A DNA stretch of 46,021 nucleotides, from positions 1-46,021 of the IMG/VR virus record IMGVR_UViG_3300032040_000017; one strand, 5' to 3'. The position numbers and the translations under genes are program-made. This DNA is from a virus. Lineage: Duplodnaviria > Caudoviricetes. Under the pieces are notes generated by a model, which saw only the letters and a list, made by a program, of their open reading frames with translations, was not told the origin of the DNA and did not search any database. This document shows, piece by piece, positions 26,144 to 34,804 of this stretch (within the stretch, counting starts at the first letter, position 1; each line of letters opens with the position of its first letter).

Positions 26144-27615
26144 GTCGATCCGTCTATATAAAACTCGGGGGTGGCTTGGATCTGGTGACGCCAACCCGCC
26201 AAGCCAATCCCGGTACCGTGTCGTCGTGCGTGAACTACGAGGCGCCCGTGACCGGCGGCTATCGTCGCATTGACGGTTACGCGCAGCTGGGGCCGGAGGT
26301 ACCAGGCCAAGGCTCTGTTCTTGGGGTGGCGTCATTCTATGATCGCCAGTATGCCATCCGGGAAGATGCCGTTTCCGGTACCGCGACCCTGTACCGCCTG
26401 AGTCTGGATCAGACCACCTGGGCGGTTGTCGGTGTGGGTGGCGAGCTGGCACCCAATCGCCATGAGTTCGATGAGGGCAACCCTTACGCCACCGATACCG
26501 GAAACACGCTGTATGGCGTGGGCGGGGGCAAGCCTTTCGAGCTAAAGCAGGATGGCACCCTGACTGAGCTATCAAACGCGCAAGCCGGGGCAACCATGAT
26601 TTCGCTCCACCGGAATCACCTGTTCCTGGGATTCCCGCTGGGCAGCATTCAGCATTCTGGCATCGGCGCGCCGGAGAATTGGGACGCAGCCACGGGCGGC
26701 GCCGGCGAAATCGGCGTTGGCCAAATGTTGACGGGTCTTCTGAAAGGTGTCGGTGGCGTGCTCCACGTCCAGACCCGAGACAGCGTGCAGACGCTCCGGG
26801 GCTCCAGCGCCGCTAACTTTGCGTTGGAGGTGACCGTGCCCGGCGTGGGGGCGCGGGCCTACTCGGCTCAGTCCCTAATGATGCCGTACTTTGTCACGGA
26901 GCGCGGCATTACCACCTTACGTGCGGCGCAAGATTTCGGGGATTTTACCGCCCTGCAGCCAGGCGCGCCGGTGGAGCCGCTATTTTCGGGTGGTGGCTTG
27001 GCAGATCGAGTGGTGGCCAGCAGCGTATCGCGCACCAAAGCGCAGTACCGGGTGTTCTTCGACAACGGTACCGGCTTTTACCTGAGCCCTAACGGGATCA
27101 CGCAGGTCAACTTTCCTGACCAGGTAGCGGTATGTCACAGCACCGAACTGTCCTCCGGTGAAGAATTTCTGATGTTCGGTGACGACAAAGGCTTGGTGTA
27201 CCGCCTGGACAGCGGCAACAGCTTCAACGGCCAGCCGATCCGCGCCTTTTTCACCCTGGCGTACACCGATCTGAAATCCCCCTCCACCCGCAAGCGCTTC
27301 CGCCGGGCGTTCTTTGACGTGCGATCCGGCAGTGACGCCAGCATCTGGCTGTGGCCGGATTTTGACTATGGCGACATAGAAACGGCTACGTCGCGCCGGC
27401 AGGCGATTGACTTCATGCTGGGTGGCGGGCTTTGGAATGTCGCTAATTGGGGCGAGTTCCAGTGGTCCGTGCCGTTTCTTGGCCAGGAGCCGCTGGACAT
27501 AACCGGTACCGGAACCTCGATCAACTTCGCCATCTACTCGGAGTCCAGCAGTCAGCCTCATGAGCTGCTGGGATACGACTTGAGTTTCGATATCAGGAGA
27601 GACCGCCGTGGTTAA
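26140..27615 (+). CDS. Tail nozzle/stabilisation protein (putative beta-propeller)
   Basis: GGLDLVTP start, beta-rich, KRFRR near C-terminus; podoviral position. Confidence 0.7.
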   Translation: MSRSVYIKLGGGLDLVTPTRQANPGTVSSCVNYEAPVTGGYRRIDGYAQLGPEVPGQGSVLGVASFYDRQYAIREDAVSGTATLYRLSLDQTTWAVVGVGGELAPNRHEFDEGNPYATDTGNTLYGVGGGKPFELKQDGTLTELSNAQAGATMISLHRNHLFLGFPLGSIQHSGIGAPENWDAATGGAGEIGVGQMLTGLLKGVGGVLHVQTRDSVQTLRGSSAANFALEVTVPGVGARAYSAQSLMMPYFVTERGITTLRAAQDFGDFTALQPGAPVEPLFSGGGLADRVVASSVSRTKAQYRVFFDNGTGFYLSPNGITQVNFPDQVAVCHSTELSSGEEFLMFGDDKGLVYRLDSGNSFNGQPIRAFFTLAYTDLKSPSTRKRFRRAFFDVRSGSDASIWLWPDFDYGDIETATSRRQAIDFMLGGGLWNVANWGEFQWSVPFLGQEPLDITGTGTSINFAIYSESSSQPHELLGYDLSFDIRRDRRG

Positions 27616-28558
27616 AGTTTATTACGACAACTCTGATGAGGGCCAGCGCCTTCAGCCAGGCACGACCGTCGAGGCCGACGCCGTTGACGCCAAGTTTGAC
27701 AGCATCCAGACCGCCTTTGAGTCGGCCGAGGAGGACACGCGCCGGGCGCTGAAATTCCCCTTTGTGGACGGCATGGCGAGCCAGCAGTTCAACGCCACCG
27801 CCTTACAGCGCCGTAACCGCGTGCTGGGCTTTGATGCGAATGGCGATCTGGCGCTGGTATCCGGCTTCTTCAATCGGGGCGACTGGACGGCCAACACAGA
27901 CTACTTCCTCAACGACGTGGTGCGCGATCCCGTCACCACCAACCTGTACGTGCTGATTCTGGCCAAACACACCTCCGGATCGGTTTCGGCTTTCACTGAC
28001 ACGTCGATCTGGTATCTGGCGATTGACGCGGACACCGTGCGGATTGCCCGCATTGCTGCCGAGGCAGCCAGGGACAAAGCGAAACAGTGGGCTGTCAGTC
28101 TTGATGTGGTCGATAACGGCCTTCGGGGTGCAGCCTTCTACTCTCTGGATGCGCAGTCCAGTGAGCAGTCAGCCCGAGGCTCACGTCTCGCTGTTGCCGC
28201 CGCTGAGGGTCGGGTGGTGCAGCTGGAGAAAAGCGCCACCGGCGCCGAAGCCACGGCCGTGCAGGCAGCCGGGGAGGCTGGCAACTCAGCTCAGGCAGCG
28301 GCGGCGAGCGAGACTGGCGTGCAAGGCGTGGAACAGGCCGTCAATGACACCGCTGTGCAGGTCAATGTCGACGCGCTGACAGCCAGCAATGCCGCCGACG
28401 ATGCCGCGCTGGTGGCTCAGAACATCAACAGCACCACCACCATGGACTTTCTCAACTTTGAGCTGAGCGGTCCGGATCTGATTGCACACTTTGCTGGCTA
28501 CTCCGACGCCAACAATTTCACCGTTAACGCCGCTGGCGAACTGGAGGTAACCTTATAA
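27608..28558 (+). CDS. Tail fibre anchor/adaptor protein (putative)
   Basis: RGDWTANTDY..NDVV carbohydrate-binding-like module, Ala-rich coiled coil. Confidence 0.6.
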   Translation: MVKVYYDNSDEGQRLQPGTTVEADAVDAKFDSIQTAFESAEEDTRRALKFPFVDGMASQQFNATALQRRNRVLGFDANGDLALVSGFFNRGDWTANTDYFLNDVVRDPVTTNLYVLILAKHTSGSVSAFTDTSIWYLAIDADTVRIARIAAEAARDKAKQWAVSLDVVDNGLRGAAFYSLDAQSSEQSARGSRLAVAAAEGRVVQLEKSATGAEATAVQAAGEAGNSAQAAAASETGVQGVEQAVNDTAVQVNVDALTASNAADDAALVAQNINSTTTMDFLNFELSGPDLIAHFAGYSDANNFTVNAAGELEVTL

Positions 28559-30054
28559 TGCCAACCCTCAACCTTGGCCGAGTCCGTTTCAACTGGAAAG
28601 GCGCCTACGATGCGCTGACCCCATACTTGGTGTATGACTGCATTGAAGACGATGGCCAGTCTTACACCTGTATCGCAGCCATTACCGGAACCAGTCCAGC
28701 CGATTCCGGGGGCGCCACCTACTGGTCACCCATGCTGGTTCGCAGCGCCGACTACAACCAGGCCCGCGCCGACGCTATTGCAGCGGCCACCGCTGCCGGC
28801 GATAGCGCTACCGACGCTTCCGGTAGCGCCAACACGGCTTCAGGCGCTGCCACCGCAGCTTCCGGGTCTGAGTCCGCTGCCCGGAAGTGGGCCAGCGAGC
28901 TGGAAGATGTAGCGGTAGAGACGGGCAAGTATTCCGCCTTCCATTACATGCAGAAGGCCGCTGCTTTTGGCGATCCGAACCAGTTCAACATTACCGCCGA
29001 TCAGACCGCCGACACACGAACCACGGCGGCGTGGATGGCGGCCCTACTGGTTGCGCAACAGAAGGCTGGCGACAACGCCACGGCTATCAACAACAACGCC
29101 ACGGCTATCAACAACAACGCCACGGCTATGTTCGTCAAAGGCGATGGAGCGCAGCCGGCGTGGACGATGCCCACCACCTCGACCCTGCAAACGGCCAGCA
29201 TCATCACTGTCGCTGTCGGCTTAAACGCCGTCCAGGTAGCTTCCGGCGCTATTATTGCGCTTCCAGCCCTGTTGCCCGGCACGGACTATTTCATTTACCT
29301 GGCTTCAGATGGAAGCCTGCAGGCGGCGGGCGCTGATGTCGCTCCGCCTGCCGCTGAGCGCCTTGTCGGCGGCTTCCATGTGCGTGACGGCGACGGCGAG
29401 ATTAACCCGCGTTCTCTATGGGATCTGAACTGGCGACCACAGGCAGGCCCTCGGGGCATGGCACTGTCCATCGACGGCAGGGTCTGGGGTGACATCTATC
29501 TGATGGACACTCAGTACGGCGTAAACGGGTACAGCCGTAATGGAGTGACCATCGCGGACGGGGGCAGCCTCCCTGTTAAGCCCTCCATCTACGGCGGCAA
29601 TGGCACGGACGCCTATACCTCAATGAGCTGGTGGGTTGCTGTTGATCTTGCTACCGCTGCGGGTAAGCGCCTGCCTTTCTACCAGGAATTCACGGCGATG
29701 GCCTACGGCGTTGTTGAGCGTCAGGCTGTCGGCACTGATCCGGTCACTACCCAGCACCAGGCCGGCCATCGCTCTGCCTGTGGCTGCGAGCAGATTACCG
29801 GTGTGTTGAACCAGTGGGGCGCGGATATCAGCGGCACCTCCGCCACAGGCACATCCAGCTGGCAGAACATCGCAGAGGGCAGGGGCGACGTTTATACGAA
29901 CTCCATTCGATCGCCGCTATTCGGCGCGAACTGGTACGACGGCTCCAACGCGGGTTCTCGAGCCTCGAACTGGAGCAGCTCGCCGGACGGCTCCGGCAGC
30001 GACGTCGGCGCACGCGGCGTCAGTGACCACCTGAACCTGCAAGCGGAGCGATAG
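28558..30054 (+). CDS. Tail fibre/receptor-binding protein, Mtd-like DGR target (C-terminal CLec fold)
   Basis: C-terminus FGANW..GS.AGSRASNW...GARGVSDHL resembles BPP-1 Mtd; carries the VR. Confidence 0.9.
   Translation: MPTLNLGRVRFNWKGAYDALTPYLVYDCIEDDGQSYTCIAAITGTSPADSGGATYWSPMLVRSADYNQARADAIAAATAAGDSATDASGSANTASGAATAASGSESAARKWASELEDVAVETGKYSAFHYMQKAAAFGDPNQFNITADQTADTRTTAAWMAALLVAQQKAGDNATAINNNATAINNNATAMFVKGDGAQPAWTMPTTSTLQTASIITVAVGLNAVQVASGAIIALPALLPGTDYFIYLASDGSLQAAGADVAPPAAERLVGGFHVRDGDGEINPRSLWDLNWRPQAGPRGMALSIDGRVWGDIYLMDTQYGVNGYSRNGVTIADGGSLPVKPSIYGGNGTDAYTSMSWWVAVDLATAAGKRLPFYQEFTAMAYGVVERQAVGTDPVTTQHQAGHRSACGCEQITGVLNQWGADISGTSATGTSSWQNIAEGRGDVYTNSIRSPLFGANWYDGSNAGSRASNWSSSPDGSGSDVGARGVSDHLNLQAER
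29072..29129 (+). repeat. 21-bp tandem repeat (about 2.8 copies) encoding NATAINN heptads
   Basis: ACAACGCCACGGCTATCAACA x2 plus 16-bp partial. Confidence 0.9.
29907..30027 (+). repeat. DGR variable repeat (VR)
   Basis: 121-bp ungapped match to 30431-30551 with 11 mismatches, all at TR adenines. Confidence 0.97.
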
Positions 30055-30058
30055 CGAC

Positions 30059-30412
30059 GTGAAGACTGCAGCACCAAGGGTAGAGGGCCTGGCAATCGTT
30101 GAGCGGTACGATCAAACCGTCGATTATCTGTACCCCATTCTCCAAAACATGCCCCGGAGCCATAGTCGGTACCGGGACTGTTTACTAGACGCGCTGGTTC
30201 ACCTTCCGGGGATGATCTACCGCGCGAGCAAGTCAAGCCAGGTCAGTCGCATCCGGGAAGTGGACGCGGGCCTGGCCGAACTCCGGTGGCTGCTGCGATT
30301 TGCAGCGTCACCCAAACGCAAGTTGATTACCCAACATCAGCATGAAGTGGCTTCAGTGCATTTGGCTGAGGTCGGCAGAATGGTCGGCGCCTGGCTGAAA
30401 GGCAGGGGCTGA
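30059..30412 (+). CDS. avd: DGR accessory variability determinant
   Basis: 117-aa basic helical protein between target and TR; YLYPILQNMPR, EVDAGLAELRWLLRFA, LAEVGRMVGAW. Confidence 0.92.
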   Translation: MKTAAPRVEGLAIVERYDQTVDYLYPILQNMPRSHSRYRDCLLDALVHLPGMIYRASKSSQVSRIREVDAGLAELRWLLRFAASPKRKLITQHQHEVASVHLAEVGRMVGAWLKGRG

Positions 30413-30430
30413 ACATGGGTGGTGCACGGA

Positions 30431-30551
30431 TCGATCGCCGCTATTCGGCGCGAACTGGAACAACGGCTCCAACGCGGGTTCTCGAGCCTCGAACTGGAAC
30501 AACACGCCGGACAACTCCAACAGCAACATCGGCGCACGCGGCGTCAGTGAC
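30431..30551 (+). repeat. DGR template repeat (TR)
   Basis: 10 AAC codons in the VR frame; GC-rich 3' end; diverges from VR after CAGTGAC (IMH vs IMH*). Confidence 0.97.
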
Positions 30552-30750
30552 GACAGGCAATCTTCCCGCCGGCATGGCTACGGCCTGCCGGGGCGACCAT
30601 ATGTGTGGTCAGCCGTGCACCGACCTCCTTCGGGAAACACAAGACCAGGTTCGTGAAACAAGGCGTAGTGAGGCCTTCGGCCAATATCGAGACTTGCGCA
30701 CGGCACTTTTACCAACAACGACCGGCTGTCAGCCGGGCAAGGGAACCGCA
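30552..30750 (+). ncRNA. DGR spacer RNA (structured region between TR and RT)
   Basis: Hairpins CCGGCA..GGC-UACG-GCC..UGCCGG (30569-30591), GACCA/UGGUC (30595-30610), UCC-UUCG-GGA; 30613-30621 complementary to 30421-30429. Confidence 0.7.
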
Positions 30751-31767
30751 TTGGGTCAGCGACACAGGAATTTGATCGCCAAGATTACAGCCCCGGAAAA
30801 TCTACTGAGTGCTTACCACAAGGCGTCAAGAGGTCGCAGAAGCTCATCCGGTTACTTGAATTTTAAAGAGTATGAATCTGCATGGCTGGCCAAGTTGCGC
30901 AGCAACATCCTGGACCGTACCTACCGGCCAGGCGCGCCGCGTGAGTTTTGGGTGTACGAGCCCAAGCCCCGACCCATCACCGCCGCGCCGTTTCAGGACC
31001 GAGTGGTACAGCACGCTCTGTGCAGCGTGATCGGCCCTCTTTTTGAGGCTGGCATGCTGCCCCAGTCATACGCCTGCCGAAAAGGCCGAGGCATGCACAG
31101 CGGCGCCATTCACACCCAGGCGATGATGAGGCGGCTGGCCGGCCAAGGCGAAACGGTGCACGCCTTAAAGACCGATTTCTCAAAATATTTCTACAGCATA
31201 GATCGCTCAACACTGTGGCGCCGGATAGATGCAAAGATCAGCTGCCGGCACACCCAGTGGCTGATCGAGCTATTCACACCCCGCACGGGCGTTGGCTTGC
31301 CGATTGGCAGCTTGACCAGTCAGCTTTGGGCGAACGTGTACGGAACGATCGTGGATAGATTTCTAGCCCAACAAGAGGGGGTGTCAAACTTTGTGAGGTA
31401 CATGGATGACATTGTAGTGCTCGGCACTGATGTGGATCGACTCAAGAAGTTGCGCCACAAACTGGGCGAGTTCTGCCTTAGCGTTCTTGGACTAACCTTC
31501 AGCAAGTGGTCCGTCACCCCGGTATCCGCCGGGGTCAACTTCCTCGGGTATCGGATTTTCCCGGAGTACAAATTACTAAGAAAAGACAGCGTTCGCCGGG
31601 CAAGGCGAAAGATCAAGTCACACACTCGGGCTGGTGACATGCGAGCCTTGCGCCTATTTTTGGCAGCCTGGCTCGGTCATGCAAAGTGGGCCGACTCCCG
31701 CAACCTGATCGAATCACTCTCCCGCCTTCAGCGGGAAACTTTGGAGGATCGCTATGTTCTCGCATGA
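30751..31767 (+). CDS. brt: DGR reverse transcriptase
   Basis: TTG start giving MGQRHRNLI (cf. BPP-1 bRT MGKRHRNLI); DRVVQHA, GLPIGSLTSQ, RYMDD, NFLGY. Confidence 0.95.
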   Translation: MGQRHRNLIAKITAPENLLSAYHKASRGRRSSSGYLNFKEYESAWLAKLRSNILDRTYRPGAPREFWVYEPKPRPITAAPFQDRVVQHALCSVIGPLFEAGMLPQSYACRKGRGMHSGAIHTQAMMRRLAGQGETVHALKTDFSKYFYSIDRSTLWRRIDAKISCRHTQWLIELFTPRTGVGLPIGSLTSQLWANVYGTIVDRFLAQQEGVSNFVRYMDDIVVLGTDVDRLKKLRHKLGEFCLSVLGLTFSKWSVTPVSAGVNFLGYRIFPEYKLLRKDSVRRARRKIKSHTRAGDMRALRLFLAAWLGHAKWADSRNLIESLSRLQRETLEDRYVLA

Positions 31768-32212
31768 TAAAAGCGCCGGCGCGGTTGTATGCCTGGCAGA
31801 CTACGACCGAATTAAGCGCGGAGCCGTGGTTCCGAGTTCAAACGAGCTTTACGCCGACGTTAAAGCCTGGCTCGCAGCAGGCAATGAGCTGCTGCCATTC
31901 GACGGGTATCCAGACACCCGAACGGCGGAAGAGGTGGCCGAACAGACTCGCGCATCGCTGACCGATGTTGTGCAGAGCCTCCTGGATGCCAAGGCGAAGG
32001 AGCGTGGCTATGACAGCATTATCAGCCTATGCACTTACGCCACCAGCACCAACGCCGAGTTTGCCAGCGAAGGGCAGGCAGGCGTTCAGTGGCGGGATGA
32101 GGTGTGGGCGACGTGCGCCCAGCTGCTGAATGATGTTACGGCGGGCCTACGCCCGATACCCACTAAAAGCGAACTGCTGGCCGAGCTGCCGGCACTCGTA
32201 TGGCCGCAGTAA
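31754..32212 (+). CDS. Tail fibre assembly/chaperone-like protein
   Basis: GGAGG RBS inside RT 3' end; VQSLLDAKAKERGYDSI.S.CTYA...WRD.VW...LP.L.WP pattern. Confidence 0.7.
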   Translation: MFSHDKSAGAVVCLADYDRIKRGAVVPSSNELYADVKAWLAAGNELLPFDGYPDTRTAEEVAEQTRASLTDVVQSLLDAKAKERGYDSIISLCTYATSTNAEFASEGQAGVQWRDEVWATCAQLLNDVTAGLRPIPTKSELLAELPALVWPQ

Positions 32213-32235
32213 CCGCACCCCGGAGGTGACACCAG

Positions 32236-32757
32236 ATGGCAACAGATAATCAGACAGACCTTGGCAGCGTGAAAGTTGACGAGAGCATCACCGGCGCCGG
32301 ACGGCTGGACAAGATGCTCAAATCTGACTCGCCGCTGATGAAGCGGGCAGAGACACAGGGCAAGCAGTACGCCAACACACGAGGCTTGCTGAACAGCTCC
32401 ATGGCCGCCGGCGCCTCACAGGGCGCAATGATTGATGCGGCAACACCCATTGCTGCGCAGGACAGCAACAACTTGATGAGAAGTGCCCTGTCCGGACAGC
32501 AGCTCGACCAGGAAAATCAAATGGTCGACACCAAAGCCTACGCCAACATGCGCGGCCAGTTCCTGGACTCCACGGCCAGCATGATTAACGAATCCAACAT
32601 CAATATTTCGGAGATCCAGTCCAGCCCGGACATTCCGGCGGCGGAAAAGCAAAAAATGATTAGCCAGCAAATCGCTATGCGGGATGCGGACATGGCCGGC
32701 CTGGAAGCGCTGTTCAAGTCCCAGCCCATGTGGGAACAGAACTGGGCCAACCTGTAA
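32236..32757 (+). CDS. Putative internal virion/ejection protein
   Basis: RGLLNSSMAAGA...AATPIA.QD motif; position after tail genes. Confidence 0.65.
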   Translation: MATDNQTDLGSVKVDESITGAGRLDKMLKSDSPLMKRAETQGKQYANTRGLLNSSMAAGASQGAMIDAATPIAAQDSNNLMRSALSGQQLDQENQMVDTKAYANMRGQFLDSTASMINESNINISEIQSSPDIPAAEKQKMISQQIAMRDADMAGLEALFKSQPMWEQNWANL

Positions 32758-32783
32758 TGTCGCTGCGGCGCAAGGAGTAGTGT

Positions 32784-33083
32784 ATGGAGTGGATTAACGA
32801 TATTGCAGAAGGTGTATCGGGAGCCTTTGTAGGCGCAGCCACATACCTGAATGAGAACGAGTGGGCGGCCAACGCCCTGACCGGCGCAGCAACCGCCGGG
32901 GCCGGGTATCTGGTGCAAAAGGATCAGCAGAAGGCCACCCGTCGAGAGTCGGATAAGGCCTGGGAGCGCAAGGTATCCCTCTCGCAAGCGCCGGACATAG
33001 ACATGAATCAATACGACTGGTCCGATCTGTCCAACGGCAGCCTGACCGACGGCGGCCTGATTGCAGGCGGCATGAATAAATAG
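32784..33083 (+). CDS. Putative small internal virion protein
   Basis: AAGGAG RBS, Gly/Ala-rich amphipathic N-terminus. Confidence 0.6.
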   Translation: MEWINDIAEGVSGAFVGAATYLNENEWAANALTGAATAGAGYLVQKDQQKATRRESDKAWERKVSLSQAPDIDMNQYDWSDLSNGSLTDGGLIAGGMNK

Positions 33084-33092
33084 GAGGCTGAT

Positions 33093-34106
33093 ATGGGCAT
33101 GGCAGACAGTGATAATGCCGGCGGATCTGGCAACACTGGCGGCGGATCGTCCAGTGGCGGAAGAGGTGGCGGCAGCGGTGGCGGCGGTGGCGGCGGACGC
33201 AGTACCAACAGTGGCGGCCGGGACACGCCAGGGTCGCCGAATGCGGCGGACGGCCGGCGCGGATCATCCATGGGTCGGGACGGCGGCGTTGCCGGCGGCT
33301 CCACCGGTGGTGGCGGGGCGAGCAGGGATACCCCCGGGCCAGTTGACGCCAACGATGGCCGCCGGGGCTCGTCCATGGGGAGAGTGGGTTCCCGGGCCAG
33401 CGCAAACGGCTCCACTGCGGCCGGTCGGGCGAGATCTGCTTTTGGCCGACATGCGAGCGAGGGGCTTTACGGCGAGGGTGAGAGTTACAGCCTCGCCAGT
33501 TCCCTGAACGAAGATAAGCTGGCCGGCGCCTTGTCACCGAAGAACATGGACATGGCGATCGGCATGACTGAGGGGCGCCAAAAGGAAGGCCTGATGGGCA
33601 CCTTTGGCTCTGTGATCGGCGCTACGGCCGGTCGCATTGGCAGCGCGCTGGGCCTTGATGGCATACCTGGCGTCGGCTCGGTGGGCAAAAAGGCGCTGGG
33701 CGCACTGGCAAGCACCGGCATTCCAGACAACCCCGAGTCTTCTTACGGCGCCGCGGTGGCTGATAACGCCATGGCCAACACGTCTATGCAAAGCGCCGGT
33801 GCCGCGATTGCGGGCCTTTTGGGAGGTCCGGCCGGGGCCATGGCCGCCGACGGGGTGAATACGGCCATGAGCCTGAGCAGAACGTCTGACATTGCCGAAC
33901 TGGGAGAGGGCTTAACGTCGAGTTCGACCACCGGCTCAGTCGCCGCATCCGGCACCGTCGGCGGCGGCACGCCTGGCACGGCGCGGGACGCCATGAACGC
34001 TCGCACCACCCAGGCAGCGGCCATGCCAGGACGTCCAGCGTTCTCCTGGTCCCCGGTGGACATGAACGAATACAGTCGCGGCCTGATACGGCCAAACATG
34101 GGTTAG
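33093..34106 (+). CDS. Gly/Ser-rich putative ejection protein
   Basis: GGAGG RBS; glycine-rich N-terminus with duplicated RDTPG..DGRRGSSMGR; glycine-zipper-like hydrophobic segments. Confidence 0.65.
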   Translation: MGMADSDNAGGSGNTGGGSSSGGRGGGSGGGGGGGRSTNSGGRDTPGSPNAADGRRGSSMGRDGGVAGGSTGGGGASRDTPGPVDANDGRRGSSMGRVGSRASANGSTAAGRARSAFGRHASEGLYGEGESYSLASSLNEDKLAGALSPKNMDMAIGMTEGRQKEGLMGTFGSVIGATAGRIGSALGLDGIPGVGSVGKKALGALASTGIPDNPESSYGAAVADNAMANTSMQSAGAAIAGLLGGPAGAMAADGVNTAMSLSRTSDIAELGEGLTSSSTTGSVAASGTVGGGTPGTARDAMNARTTQAAAMPGRPAFSWSPVDMNEYSRGLIRPNMG

Positions 34107-34117
34107 AGGTTTACGTT

Positions 34118-34804
34118 ATGGCAGGTCTAATTTCACAAGCGCAGCAGCAACCCCCACAGGGCGGGACGCAGCAACCACAGCAGCAACCCGCACCCCCACA
34201 GCCTCAACCACCCCAGGGCCAACCCGGGCCGCAAGGGAAGAAGCCACCACAAGAGCAAAAAGAAGTCGCCAGCCAGGAAGCCTACGACGTGGCTACCGGC
34301 CAGATGCTGACTTTCGTGTACGACAAAGACGGCATCGAAACCCTGAAAAGCTCCGTGGAAGCCACTGGCGACCCGCAGCAGGCCATGGCTCGGCTTCTGG
34401 GGCGATTGCTGACCATGACGGTGCAAAGCGCAATGATGAGCGGTAAGCGCATCGCCCCGGACCTGATCTTTCAAGGCGGAATCGAAGTGATTCGCGCTAT
34501 CTCCGAGGTGGCCCAGGCACAAGGTTTGATTGACCCGGCGCAGGAAAAGCAGCTGGCCGAGGCGGCGTTTTTTGATGGCCTGGCACTGTTTGCCAGCGAG
34601 GCGCAAGAAGATGCCCTGACCGAAGGTGAGCGCCAGCGCTACGTTGAACTGCTGGACATGATTGAAGAAATGGAAGCTCAGGGTGTCGGCGCACCGAAAG
34701 GTCAGTCGCCAGGGCCGCAATCCGCACCCCAGGGCCGCCCGCAGCCAGGTAGTCCGCAGCAAGGCAGCCCACAACGGGGCGCCCCACAGGAGAGACGCAC
34801 ATGA
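34118..34804 (+). CDS. Putative internal virion protein with Q/P-rich termini
   Basis: 228 aa, GAGG RBS. Confidence 0.65.
   Translation: MAGLISQAQQQPPQGGTQQPQQQPAPPQPQPPQGQPGPQGKKPPQEQKEVASQEAYDVATGQMLTFVYDKDGIETLKSSVEATGDPQQAMARLLGRLLTMTVQSAMMSGKRIAPDLIFQGGIEVIRAISEVAQAQGLIDPAQEKQLAEAAFFDGLALFASEAQEDALTEGERQRYVELLDMIEEMEAQGVGAPKGQSPGPQSAPQGRPQPGSPQQGSPQRGAPQERRT

Noticed and set aside
27608-28558. Second DGR target/VR
   Set aside because: No further TR-like sequence seen by eye in this or other genes in the window; a remote target outside the window cannot be excluded
30415-30750. 112-codon N-terminal extension of the RT given by the ORF track
   Set aside because: It runs through TR and the structured spacer; similarity to bRT starts at TTG 30751, so the open frame is probably incidental
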